This document shows positions 1-10,180 of a stretch of DNA of 34,333 nucleotides, piece after piece (position 1 is the stretch's first letter; every line of letters begins with the position of its first letter). The stretch is from the NCBI GenBank assembly GCA_038208905.1, contig JBBQYG010000025.1, forward strand, positions 1 to 34,333, written 5' to 3'. The notes beneath the pieces are model-generated. The model was not told the DNA's origin and ran no database searches. It worked only from the letters and a program-made list of their open reading frames with translations. The position numbers and the translations under genes are program-made. This DNA comes from Candidatus Sumerlaeia bacterium (GTDB lineage: Bacteria; Sumerlaeota; Sumerlaeia; SLMS01).

Positions 1-273
1 GGCAAGGACGCCGCCAACGCTCTGGAGTACGCCGGTATCACCGTGAACAAGAACGCCATCCCCAACGATCCTCAGAAGGAATGGGTGACCAGCGGCATCC
101 GCGTGGGCACGCCGGCCCTGACCAGCCGCGGCATGAAGGAAGCCGAGATGCGCACCATCGGCGCCTGGATCGCCCAGGTCGTCAAGGACCCGGCCGACAC
201 CGACCTCCAATCCCGCGTCCGCGCCCAGGTGGCTGAGATGACGGCGGGGTATCCGCTTCGCGCGGAGGAGTAG
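1..273 (+). CDS. glyA: Serine hydroxymethyltransferase, 3' part (truncated by window edge)
   Basis: Frame 1 reads GKDAANALEYAGITVNKNAIPNDP...TSGIRVGTPALTSRG, the conserved SHMT C-terminal motifs; TAG at 271-273. Confidence 0.95.
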   Translation, partial: GKDAANALEYAGITVNKNAIPNDPQKEWVTSGIRVGTPALTSRGMKEAEMRTIGAWIAQVVKDPADTDLQSRVRAQVAEMTAGYPLRAEE

Positions 274-275
274 GC

Positions 276-299
276 GTGGCGCGGGCGACCTCGCCCGCG
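276..299. repeat. REP-like palindrome just after the glyA stop
   Basis: GTGG-CGCGGGCGA-CC-TCGCCCGCG: perfect 9-bp inverted repeat behind a GTRG tetramer; resembles the arms at 21875-21966. Confidence 0.6.
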
Positions 300-331
300 A
301 GTTGCTGATATTCCCAAAATCAAGGCAACCC

Positions 332-399
332 GATGGACGAAACGGACTGCATGGACACGATGGATGTCCATCAGGCCCATTTCGTCCATCTTGTCCATC
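332..399. repeat. Hairpin built from inverted 9-bp tandem arrays (GATGGACNN / NNGTCCATC)
   Basis: GATGGACGA AACGGACTG CATGGACAC GATGGA then GTCCATC AGGCCCATT TCGTCCATC TTGTCCATC; 382-390 is the exact reverse complement of 332-340. Confidence 0.85.
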
Positions 400-435
400 A
401 GGGGGCGGCAAAGACCGGCTAGCCGAATCCCGCAT

Positions 436-451
436 TGGCGCCCCCGCTGCA
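436..451 (+). promoter_or_regulatory. Possible sigma-54 (-24/-12) promoter
   Basis: TGGCGCCCCCGCTGCA has GG-N10-GC spacing and partly matches TGGCACG-N4-TTGCW; about 215 bp upstream of an enhancer-binding-protein gene. Could be chance in GC-rich DNA. Confidence 0.25.
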
Positions 452-663
452 AGGTCGGTCATCCGCTCGCTCGACTGGGCAGTTTTCTACCCACTCCCCT
501 TGCCACAAACCTCTTCCGCGCCCTCCAATCGCTACCCGCCGCGTTGACGACCCCGGTTGCGCAAGCCATTCTCTCTGTTGGAAAGCGCAATCGGCGCGGA
601 GGATCACTTTGGAGGGAGGATTGGGCGCGCGGGGCCGTTGGCCGCGTGATCCTCCCGCAGGGG

Positions 664-2106
<1,443 letters not shown>

Positions 2107-2127
2107 GGGGCCATGCCCCTGCTACCA

Positions 2128-2190
2128 GTCAATCGGGTCCGCTGGGTCAGTTGTGTCAAATAGTTCATATCAGTCCCTTGGGTCCCATCA
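2128..2190. repeat. Seven degenerate 9-bp tandem units (GTC-N6) between convergent genes
   Basis: GTCAATCGG GTCCGCTGG GTCAGTTGT GTCAAATAG TTCATATCA GTCCCTTGG GTCCCATCA. Confidence 0.75.
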
Positions 2191-2508
2191 ACCCTGCACC
2201 TCATCCGCCTCCGCGCCCGTCGCCAATCGCCGAACCTCATAGCCGACATCGGCGGGCTTCCACGTGGCGCAGATCGCCGCGTGGGCGGCTTGCAGGCCGG
2301 CGAGGAGGCCGTCCTCCCACAGGAACTGGGGATTGGTGTTCACCTCCGGCCAGTCGAAGGCGTTCATCAGGTCGTCGGGTGTAAGGCGAGGGTTCAGGCG
2401 GCGTGCGATCTTGAGACACTTGGCGCGCTGCTGGACGATCATGTCGTCGAGGAGGCGGAGGATGTCCTCGGTCGAGGCGGGATTCGGCTGGGAAGGGTTT
2501 TCGCTCAT
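2188..2508 (-). CDS. Small helical hypothetical protein
   Basis: ATG 2508 preceded by AGAAGG; protein-like sequence LLDDMIVQQRAKCLKIARRLNPRLTPDD...FLWEDGLLAGL; follows prmC on the same strand. Confidence 0.7.
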   Translation of the reverse strand: MSENPSQPNPASTEDILRLLDDMIVQQRAKCLKIARRLNPRLTPDDLMNAFDWPEVNTNPQFLWEDGLLAGLQAAHAAICATWKPADVGYEVRRLATGAEADEVQG

Positions 2509-2615
2509 GCCTTGCCTTCTGTTGTCAGGGTATAAAGGAGACGATGAATCCCCGGCGGCCATCCGGGGCACGACAGCCTCGCCAGTGAGGCAAGAGGCCC
2601 TTGGCGAAATTCGCG

Positions 2616-3506
2616 CTAGCCGCGGCGCGCCAGCAAGTAGCGGTCAAACGCCGCCAGGTCTTTCTCCACGCGGATGTCGTCGTACTTTCCGGTATCGCGG
2701 AAGAGCTGTGCCGCGCGGTGGGGCTGGTCCTCGCCCAGCTCCAGCACCACCCAACCGCCGTGGGCCAGCAGGGGGGTACCCTGGTCGATGATGCCGCGGA
2801 CGGCGTCGAGTCCGTCGGCCCCGCCGTCCAGGGCGGGCATGGGATCGTGGCGGCTGACCTCCGGGGGAAGGCCCGCGATGGTGTCTGTATTTATATACGG
2901 CGGATTGCTGACGATGAGGGAGAGCGTTCCCTCGAACCCGGCGAAGTAGGCGCCGTCGCGGAACTCCACGCGGCCCTCCACGCCAAGCTTCGTCGCGTTG
3001 TACCGCGCGGCCTTGAGGGCGCCGGGGGAGATGTCGCTGGCGATATAGCGGTGGGCGTCGCTCTCTAGCGCCAGGCTCACGATGATGCAGCCGGTGCCGG
3101 TGCCGACCTCGAAGACATTGGCGCGCGTGTTCTTGAGGTCGGGCTCCTTCTCCATCAGCATCAGCGCGCGTTCCACCACGCCCTCGGTCTCGGGCCGGGG
3201 AACGAAGGAGTCGGGGGTCACCTCGAACTCGCGGCGATAGAAGGACTTGCGCCCGGTGATGCGCGCCACGGGCTCGCGGTCGCGCCCGCGCCGCTGGATG
3301 AAGTCGCGATACGCCGCGACCTCAAGCTCGCTCAGGGGCTTCTGCCAGTCCATGTAGAGGCGCAACCGGTCGCAGTTGAGAATGCGGCACAGCAACAGTT
3401 CCGCATCGAGGCGCGGCGAATCCACGCCCTTGCCGCCCAGCCACGCGGCGCTACGCGTGACGAGGTCGCCGACGGCGGGGGGGGGATTCTTCGCTGTCCG
3501 GTTCAC
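2616..3506 (-). CDS. prmC: Release factor N5-glutamine methyltransferase (HemK/PrmC)
   Basis: SPRLDAELLL, REPVARITG, VPRPETE, SAM motif EVGTGTGCI, SNPPYI, ALDGGADGL. Confidence 0.93.
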   Translation of the reverse strand: MNRTAKNPPPAVGDLVTRSAAWLGGKGVDSPRLDAELLLCRILNCDRLRLYMDWQKPLSELEVAAYRDFIQRRGRDREPVARITGRKSFYRREFEVTPDSFVPRPETEGVVERALMLMEKEPDLKNTRANVFEVGTGTGCIIVSLALESDAHRYIASDISPGALKAARYNATKLGVEGRVEFRDGAYFAGFEGTLSLIVSNPPYINTDTIAGLPPEVSRHDPMPALDGGADGLDAVRGIIDQGTPLLAHGGWVVLELGEDQPHRAAQLFRDTGKYDDIRVEKDLAAFDRYLLARRG

Positions 3507-3571
3507 CGCGCGGGTGCCGGGGCTTGTGGGATTCGATCGCGCTGACGCGCCGCGGGAGCGGTGCCAGAATC

Positions 3572-3595
3572 GTAGCCCCGGACTTCAGTCCGGGG
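3572..3595. repeat. GTAG-type REP-like palindrome
   Basis: GTAG-CCCCGGAC-TTCA-GTCCGGGG, perfect 8-bp stem, between the NUDIX gene and prmC. Confidence 0.7.
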
Positions 3596-3617
3596 TTCGC
3601 CTGTTAGGGGAATCTCG

Positions 3618-4166
3618 CTACGCAAGCCCCACCGCCTTCGCCCACGCGCGGATGCTCTCCAGCCCCGAACCGGTCAGGCGGCGCCCGGGGAGGTTGGGGT
3701 CGGAGTGGCCCTCGCTCAGGATCAGGTCGGCGGGAACCCAGCGGACCTCCTCGATCTCGGTGGCGTGCGGCTGGAAAGGGCCCTCGTGAATGCACTCGTA
3801 AACGTGGACGAATTCCCAGCCGCTTTCGGGCGCGGGGGGGCGGGTGGCCACATGGCGCAGGACGCCTTCCGTGCCCAGTTCCTCGCCGAGCTCGCGGTGC
3901 GCCGCCGCGTCGTATTCCTCGTCCACGTCCACGTGTCCGCCCACGCTTACGTCCCACCAGCCCGGGTGGCTGTCCTTGCTGCGGCTGCGCTTTTGCAGGA
4001 GGATCTCCGCCGCGCCGTTGACGACCACGATGTGGACGGCGCGGTGCTTGAGCTTGCGCATGTGGACTTCGCGGCGCTTGGCGGCGCCCACCACCACATC
4101 GTCGTCGTCCACGACGGGAAGCATGTCCTCGTCGGTTTCGCTGTTGAAGTAGTCGCTGTGGCTCAT
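3618..4166 (-). CDS. NUDIX hydrolase (IPP isomerase type 1 / YfcD-like)
   Basis: HRAVHIVV, ILLQKRSRSKDSHPGWWD, Nudix box GGHVDVDEEYDAAAHRELGEELG; start ATG 4166. The upstream part of the 603-aa ORF is antisense shadow. Confidence 0.88.
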   Translation of the reverse strand: MSHSDYFNSETDEDMLPVVDDDDVVVGAAKRREVHMRKLKHRAVHIVVVNGAAEILLQKRSRSKDSHPGWWDVSVGGHVDVDEEYDAAAHRELGEELGTEGVLRHVATRPPAPESGWEFVHVYECIHEGPFQPHATEIEEVRWVPADLILSEGHSDPNLPGRRLTGSGLESIRAWAKAVGLA

Positions 4167-4301
4167 GGGTTGCCGGGGCCTGTTGGCTGAGTTGACCTTG
4201 GGGAGTGATGGTGCGGGCGGGCGGCTCCGGGCAATGGAAACTCCGAAGTCCTTGCCAGAGTGGCCCCGCTGCCGGAACCTTCTCCCAATTCTGTACCGAG
4301 G

Positions 4302-5420
4302 ATGAGCCTCCGCATGACCGAAGCCCCCTTTGCGCCGTTCCTCCATCCCCGCCGCGATGGCTATTTGCGCCGGGCGCGGGTGCTGGCGGCGCTGTTCCTG
4401 TCGGTGGCCCAGGCGTGCTGGTTCATCGCCTATGCCGCCGCGATTCAGTCGGGCACGGTGCTGACGCCAGCGCTTTCGGTGTTGGGGCTGGCGGGGATTT
4501 TTCTGGTGGCGTCGCGGGCGTCCCATGCCAGCGACGTGGCGCTGGCGGTGGTTGACCGGGCCTCGGGCCTGGAGTCGGCGCCGTCGCTGCTGGAAATCCT
4601 GCGCCGTTTCGGCGGAGAGATCGCCGCGCCGATGCTGCTGCTGGCGCTCGGGTTTCTCGGGCGGGATAGCGACAACGCCATCGTCTTCGCGATCGTGGGC
4701 ATCATCGCCATCGAGGCCTGCTGGCGACTGGCGGGGCTTGGCGTTTGGCGCGATGCGCGCATCCACCAGCCGCTGCTGCACGCGCTCTTCACGCGGTCGG
4801 TGGAGTCGGGCATGGCGGAACTTTCCGTCGCGAGCGACCTGCAAGGCCGCGATCTGGAGGCCAGCGCCCTGGCCGTGGCCGGTGTCGCCCTCCGCGAGGA
4901 CAAGGACCGCGTTCTGGAGCAGCTGACACACTACCTCGACGCACAGGTGGATCGCACGCCCGTCGGTGGCGAGCAACATCGCATCGCCGAGCGCACCCGC
5001 GCCGTCGTCCGCGCGGACCTCGCCCGCCAGCGCGATGCCGCGACCGCGGGCCTGCCGGAGGCGGAGGCGCTGCGCCTGGTGCCCGTGGGGCATCCGCGGC
5101 GCCTGGCGCTGGGGCTCTTCGTGGCGACGGCGGCGCTGGACCAGGACGATCCCGCCAGCGCAATCAAGGCGCTGCGCCTGCTGCACAGCCGCGACGTGGT
5201 GATCACCACGGGGCGCGTGCTGGTGAACTGGCTGCTGATGACTGCGGCGGACCGCATGGAGGACGCGGACCTTTCCGTGGCGTGCCGGAAGGCGCTGGCG
5301 AGCTTCGATGCCCGCCGCATCGCCGAGAACATGACGGTGGACAGCCTGCGCGCGCAGAACGATCCGTATGCGCGCTGGATCATCAAGGCGCGCGAGGCGC
5401 TGGCGAAGGGGGCATCGTGA
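4302..5420 (+). CDS. Hypothetical membrane protein (N-terminal TM helices, Ala/Leu-rich helical C-terminus)
   Basis: About four hydrophobic segments in the first 150 aa; GAGG before ATG 4302/4314; stop overlaps next start (GTGA). Confidence 0.65.
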   Translation: MSLRMTEAPFAPFLHPRRDGYLRRARVLAALFLSVAQACWFIAYAAAIQSGTVLTPALSVLGLAGIFLVASRASHASDVALAVVDRASGLESAPSLLEILRRFGGEIAAPMLLLALGFLGRDSDNAIVFAIVGIIAIEACWRLAGLGVWRDARIHQPLLHALFTRSVESGMAELSVASDLQGRDLEASALAVAGVALREDKDRVLEQLTHYLDAQVDRTPVGGEQHRIAERTRAVVRADLARQRDAATAGLPEAEALRLVPVGHPRRLALGLFVATAALDQDDPASAIKALRLLHSRDVVITTGRVLVNWLLMTAADRMEDADLSVACRKALASFDARRIAENMTVDSLRAQNDPYARWIIKAREALAKGAS

Positions 5421-6409
5421 TTCGCACATTTGTCTATACAGGCGTGGCTATTCTCGCCGTCGGATGCGCCAAGGCTCCACCCATCGCGGAACCGCCTCCG
5501 CCGCCAACCTGGCGCATGGTGCCGCTGGAGGAGTCGCGCCATGTCGCGCAGGAGCCGCGTCCCGTCGCGGAGCTTGGCGATCTTGCGATGCGCACCGCCG
5601 GGGCGGAGGCCGCCGATGGCGCGCGCGTGTGGGTTGCCGTGATCGACGCGCGCGACGCGCGCGATCCGCGAATGGGATCATACCTCGGCGATCAGCAGGT
5701 TGCCGCCGGATCGCTCGCCAACCTCGCCCTCGCCCTCACGGCCATCGACCAGACACGGACGGGAGAACTCGCGCTCGACGGCGCGCTGCGAGCGCGTCTC
5801 CGCGCCGTTCTTGCCGACGCGGACGCCAACGCCGCCAATGCGTTGCTGGACCTAATTTGCAACACGGCGCCGGGACCGGAACTGGAGGGCGCCGACTTCA
5901 CGGCCTTCGACTACAAGCGTCGCACCGTTGTCCGCCACATGCGGCGGATCGGGCTCAATTATCTGTGGGTTGTGGGGAAGCAGTATGGCGACGGCAGGGC
6001 CCCCGAGGGCATCGAGGCACAGTTTCTCGGCCCCGCAACCGACGGTGCCCGGGAGCGCGATAATCGCGTCACCGCCGACGACACCGCGCGTCTGCTGTTC
6101 CTGCTCTGGCGCGCGGCGGCGGTGGACCGGGGCGCATGCGAGGACATGCTGGCCGCGATTCGCCGCGATGGCGCGTCGCAGACTCTCTTCTCCGCGGCGT
6201 TGCCGGCTGGCGTGGACCTCTACTCGCGCGACGCGGTTTCCGAATCCATCGCCCACGACGCGGGGATCTTTGTTGGCGAGGGCGATGGCGCGGTGATCAT
6301 CGTGGTGGCCTCGGCGGGCGGCGGCAAGAATCTGCCCGCCGCCGTGGCGAAGCAAATCCTCGCCGAACTGGAGTTCAAGGGTCGGGCGCCGGTGCTGCCG
6401 CTGCCTTAG
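5417..6409 (+). CDS. Lipoprotein with class A beta-lactamase-like fold, catalytic motifs degenerate
   Basis: GTG start; lipobox ILAVGC; Pro-rich linker; fold markers NRVTADDTARLL and HDAGI; SxxK position reads SLAN, KTG position reads RDA. Confidence 0.72.
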   Translation: MIRTFVYTGVAILAVGCAKAPPIAEPPPPPTWRMVPLEESRHVAQEPRPVAELGDLAMRTAGAEAADGARVWVAVIDARDARDPRMGSYLGDQQVAAGSLANLALALTAIDQTRTGELALDGALRARLRAVLADADANAANALLDLICNTAPGPELEGADFTAFDYKRRTVVRHMRRIGLNYLWVVGKQYGDGRAPEGIEAQFLGPATDGARERDNRVTADDTARLLFLLWRAAAVDRGACEDMLAAIRRDGASQTLFSAALPAGVDLYSRDAVSESIAHDAGIFVGEGDGAVIIVVASAGGGKNLPAAVAKQILAELEFKGRAPVLPLP

Positions 6410-8291
6410 GCTTTTCTCCCAGGATTTCCAGCAGCGTGAAGTACTCGCCCTGGGATATCACGCGGGTTTCCACCTCCGCGGGGATTCGCCCGCCCTCCAG
6501 GTCGAATCGTCCCAGCACGGCGATGTGGCGTGGCACCGTTGCCACTTCGTTTCGCGAGCCAAGCCGAGTCGTCTGGTTCCAGACATACACATGCGGCATC
6601 CGCGGCTTGGGGTCGCGGCGCATCGCCCACAGCGGGAATTCGAACTCGTTGCCGCCCACGATCAGGCCGATTTCCTCCACGCCCAGCTTGCGAATGTCGC
6701 GCGACAGTTTCAGGTGCTCGGCAAAGCGGTCGGGAACCTTGCGAAAGTATTCCTGTCGGCGGGGAACCTGCAGGATGCCCTCGCGCGCCACCAGCGGTCG
6801 GCTGAAGTTGGCGACGGCGACGGGGACCGCTCCGGCGAAGAGGATCAGCGCCGCCGCCGCGGCAACCGCGCGCAGGCGACCCGCCTCCATCGCGACTCCG
6901 ATCAGCGGCGCCGCCAACAATAGATAGTACACATGGAACCGCCCATGCCACGGTTGCCACCTCAGCAGCAGGCACAGCAGCAGGAACGACACGACCAGCG
7001 CCAGTGTATAGATTGACATCAATCTATTTCGCCGCGCGACGAGCAGGATCGGGATGGCGATGACGGCAAGGACGAAGTGCAGCGGATTCCCCGCGTAGTC
7101 CTCGTCGGCGCAGGCGGGGAGAAGCTCGAAACTGGTCCCCGGATACGTCGTGGCCGTGTCGTTGGGATCGAGGCCCGCGCCGGCGTGCCGATCCGTCACC
7201 CAACGGACGATGCCGCTGTTCCATTCCTCGATGGGCGTCACGAGCTGGATGGCCACGTTGCGCAGCACGCCGGAGTAGAGTGTGCCCGCGTCGCGGCGCT
7301 CTGTCTCCACGGCGAACTGCGCCGGCACCAGCGGCGTGCCAAAGATCGCCTGGTTTCGCAGCGCGTGGGGCACGTTGGGCGCCACGACCATCAGAGCCGC
7401 CACGGCCAGCGGCCCCAACGCGCGGGCGCGATTTCGGACGAGGTGGGCGATGCCCCACGCGAGCCCCGCGGGCGCGAGGTAGAAGTAGGCCGTCCCCTTT
7501 GCGTGGACGGCGAGGCCGATGCACAGCCCGCAGAGCGGCACCAGCCAGCGCGCGGATTCCTCCCTGCGCAGCGACGCGATTCCAAAGTGCAGGAATGCGA
7601 GACAGAAGAAGGAAACGAAGAGATCGTTCTGGGTACTGGTCGATTGCAGGATCGCCATCGGCAGCGTCGCGGCAAAGAGCGCGGCCATCCACTGGCCGAC
7701 GCGCCCCGCGCCGAAGTCCCTCGCCAGTAGCGACGCGACCACGATCGCGCCGAGGTACGCAAACCACTGCGGCATGTTGACGAGCCGGTCGTTCCCCGTC
7801 AGCGCCATCAGGTGCATGATGGCATACTCGGCGCCCGGAGTCAGCGCCACCAGTCGGACGTCGTGCGCGGGAAAGTGCGCGACGGAGCCGCGCTCCAGCC
7901 AGTGCATGATGCGCGGCAGGTGGTACGTCATCGAGTCCGACGTGTTGGGCGCGGCGCCGATGGCGACGCCAAGATTCACCGCGAGCAGGAGGCCGATGGC
8001 GGCGGGGAAGAAGGGGAGCGATTCAGACGCGGGCTTCGGCTGTGCCTGATCGGCGGACGGGCGCGGGCGGGATGCCCACGCAACCTTGCCGAGCGCGACC
8101 GCCGCGATCAGCCAGAAGCTTGCGATGCCCCAAAAGCCAACGGCGCCGAAGAGCGAAAGGCCCTCGGCGCCGATCCATACCAGTGCTTGAAATCCAACCA
8201 GAGCCCCCACCAGCGCGCGCCGCGCGTCGCCGAACCGGAACCAGATCGCCGCGAAGAGCAGCGCCAGCGTGGCGGCGGGAAGCAGGAACAT
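6375..8291 (-). CDS. Polytopic membrane GT-C fold glycosyltransferase (ArnT/PMT, GT39/83-like)
   Basis: Many TM helices; APNTSDSMTYHLPRIMHW loop, ILQSTSTQNDL, AKGT, RWQPWHGRF; 35-bp convergent overlap with the lipoprotein gene. Confidence 0.8.
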   Translation of the reverse strand: MFLLPAATLALLFAAIWFRFGDARRALVGALVGFQALVWIGAEGLSLFGAVGFWGIASFWLIAAVALGKVAWASRPRPSADQAQPKPASESLPFFPAAIGLLLAVNLGVAIGAAPNTSDSMTYHLPRIMHWLERGSVAHFPAHDVRLVALTPGAEYAIMHLMALTGNDRLVNMPQWFAYLGAIVVASLLARDFGAGRVGQWMAALFAATLPMAILQSTSTQNDLFVSFFCLAFLHFGIASLRREESARWLVPLCGLCIGLAVHAKGTAYFYLAPAGLAWGIAHLVRNRARALGPLAVAALMVVAPNVPHALRNQAIFGTPLVPAQFAVETERRDAGTLYSGVLRNVAIQLVTPIEEWNSGIVRWVTDRHAGAGLDPNDTATTYPGTSFELLPACADEDYAGNPLHFVLAVIAIPILLVARRNRLMSIYTLALVVSFLLLCLLLRWQPWHGRFHVYYLLLAAPLIGVAMEAGRLRAVAAAAALILFAGAVPVAVANFSRPLVAREGILQVPRRQEYFRKVPDRFAEHLKLSRDIRKLGVEEIGLIVGGNEFEFPLWAMRRDPKPRMPHVYVWNQTTRLGSRNEVATVPRHIAVLGRFDLEGGRIPAEVETRVISQGEYFTLLEILGEKPKAAAAPAPDP

Positions 8292-8300
8292 CCGCGCGTG

Positions 8301-9974
8301 CTAGACCAACCGCCGGAACTTGCCGCGGCGACCCTCGAAGAGCTTGGAGCCAAGCTCCTTCTCGCGCCACGCCTCGTACTCCTCGTAATTCCCCGGATAC
8401 CACCGCACCACGCCGTCGCCCTCGAAGGCGAGCGTGTGGGTGCAGACGCGGTTGAGGAAGAAGCGATCGTGGCTGATGACGAGCACGCAGCCGCTGAAGT
8501 TGAGGATCGCCTCCTCCAGCAGGCGGAGCGTGTTCACGTCCAGGTCGTTGGTCGGCTCGTCGAGGAGCAGCACGTTGCCGCCCTCGCGCATCAGCTTCGC
8601 CAGGTTGGCGCGGTTGCGCTCTCCGCCGGAAAAGCTCTTCACCGGCTTCTGCTGGTCGGCGCCCTTGAAGCCAAAGCGGCTAAGGTACTGGCGCACGGGG
8701 ATCGCGCGCTTGCCGACCATGATCTCCTCGTTGCCGCCGCCGATTTCCTCGACGAGCGTCTGGTCGCTTTGGAGCTGGGAGCGCTCCTGATCGACATAGC
8801 TCAGGCGGACGGTGTTGCCCTTCACCACGGTGCCGGAGTCGGGCTGCTCTTCGCCCACGATCATGCGGAACAGGGTGGTCTTGCCCGCGCCGTTGGGGCC
8901 GATCACGCCGACCACCGCGGCCTTGGGCAGATTGAAGGTCAGGTCCTTGATCAGGGCCGCGCCGCCGTATCCCTTGCTCACATTCTTGAACTCGATCACC
9001 TGATCGCCCAGGTGCTCCGCGGGCGCGATGGTAATCACGGCGCTGTCCTTCTCGCCGTCGGCTTTCTCGCGCGCGACAAGGCGCTCGTAGTCGGCTAGGC
9101 GCGCGCGCTGGGCCTCGTGCTTGGCGGCTCCGCTCATGCGGATCCAGGTCAGCTCGCGGTCAAACATGCGGCGGCGCGGGGAATCCTTCTTCTCGTCGCC
9201 GGCCATCTTGGCCAGCTTCTGCTCCAGCCAAGAGGAGTAGTTCCCCTCGAAGGGAACGCCGTGCCCCGCGTCCAGTTCCAGAATCCACTTCGTGATGTTG
9301 TCGAGGAAGTAGCGGTCGTGGGTTACCACGATCACCGTGCCGGGATAGTCGGAGAGCTGCTTCTCCAGCCAGTCCACCGTCACCGGGTCCAAATGGTTGG
9401 TGGGCTCGTCGAGGAGGAGGAGGTCGGGTTGCTCCAGGATCGCGCGAGAGAGCGCCACGCGGCGCTTCTCTCCGCCGGAGAGGGTCTTCACGATCCGGTC
9501 GTCGTCGGGCAGGACCATCGCTTCGCTGGCCTGATTGAGCTTCTGGTCCAGGTTCCACGCGTCGGAGGCGTCCAGCTTGTCCTGCAACTCCGCCATGCGA
9601 TCCATCAGCTTCTGCATCGCGTCGTCGCTCATCTCGTCGCCCATGCGCGCCGTGATGTCGTCGTACTCGGCTAGGTCCTTCATGATCTGGCTGAAGGCCA
9701 TTTCGAGGTTCTGGCGGACGGTTTTCTCCTCCTCCAGCCGGGGCTCCTGGGCCACATAGCCGCGCTTGAATCCGCGCGTCAGCTCCGCCTTGCCCTGGAA
9801 CTCGTCGTCGAGGCCCGCCATGATCTTGAGCACCGTGGACTTGCCGGAGCCGTTCTCTCCCACGATGCCGATCTTGGCGCCGGGATAGAAGCTCAGGTAG
9901 ATGTCCTTCAGAACCTGCTTCTGGCCAAAGTACTTGTTCAGGCCAAGCATCGTGAAGATGAACTGTTCAGCCAT
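8301..9974 (-). CDS. ettA: ABC-F ATPase, energy-dependent translational throttle protein
   Basis: MAEQFIFTM...LKDIYLSFYPGAKIGIVGENGSGKST; two ABC domains (LSGGEKRRVAL/LDEPTNHLD; FSGGERNR/LDEPTNDLD); no TM segments. Confidence 0.9.
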   Translation of the reverse strand: MAEQFIFTMLGLNKYFGQKQVLKDIYLSFYPGAKIGIVGENGSGKSTVLKIMAGLDDEFQGKAELTRGFKRGYVAQEPRLEEEKTVRQNLEMAFSQIMKDLAEYDDITARMGDEMSDDAMQKLMDRMAELQDKLDASDAWNLDQKLNQASEAMVLPDDDRIVKTLSGGEKRRVALSRAILEQPDLLLLDEPTNHLDPVTVDWLEKQLSDYPGTVIVVTHDRYFLDNITKWILELDAGHGVPFEGNYSSWLEQKLAKMAGDEKKDSPRRRMFDRELTWIRMSGAAKHEAQRARLADYERLVAREKADGEKDSAVITIAPAEHLGDQVIEFKNVSKGYGGAALIKDLTFNLPKAAVVGVIGPNGAGKTTLFRMIVGEEQPDSGTVVKGNTVRLSYVDQERSQLQSDQTLVEEIGGGNEEIMVGKRAIPVRQYLSRFGFKGADQQKPVKSFSGGERNRANLAKLMREGGNVLLLDEPTNDLDVNTLRLLEEAILNFSGCVLVISHDRFFLNRVCTHTLAFEGDGVVRWYPGNYEEYEAWREKELGSKLFEGRRGKFRRLV

Positions 9975-10046
9975 GGGGACGGGTTGAACTCCGAATCGGG
10001 GGGATCGCGGCGCGGGAAAGGCCCAAGCCGCCGAGAGCGTTGGCCC

Positions 10047-10180
10047 GGCGGAGACGGCGGGCAAGGCGGGAAAAACGGGAACCGCGGGAAAGGCGGAAAA
10101 AACAGGGAGAGGCAGGGGAAAACAGGGAACAGCAGGATGAATGTCCTGCCCTTCCCTGCTTCTCCCTGCCGTTCCCCGCC
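10047..10180. repeat. Composite 9-bp plus 10-bp tandem array ending in an inverted-array hairpin, directly after the carB stop
   Basis: Six 9-mers (GGCGGAGAC GGCGGGCAA GGCGGGAAA AACGGGAAC CGCGGGAAA GGCGGAAAA), then 10-mers AACAGGGAGA GGCAGGGGAA AACAGGGAAC AGCAGGA, short loop, then TCCTGCC CTTCCCTGCT TCTCCCTGCC GTTCCCCGCC. Confidence 0.85.

Noticed and set aside
72-452. ORF containing MDKMDEMGLMD...; similar repeat-derived ORFs at 2043-2249 and 9984-10205
   Set aside because: The periodic peptides are just translations of the DNA arrays and overlap real genes.
3477-3484. G-runs inside prmC, the NUDIX gene and at 25889-25896 as phase-variation tracts
   Set aside because: Runs of about 8 G are unremarkable at this GC content and the reading frames are intact.
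10047-10180. Periodic arrays (here and elsewhere) as CRISPR arrays
   Set aside because: Units are 7-10 bp, contiguous and degenerate, with no unique spacers and no cas genes.
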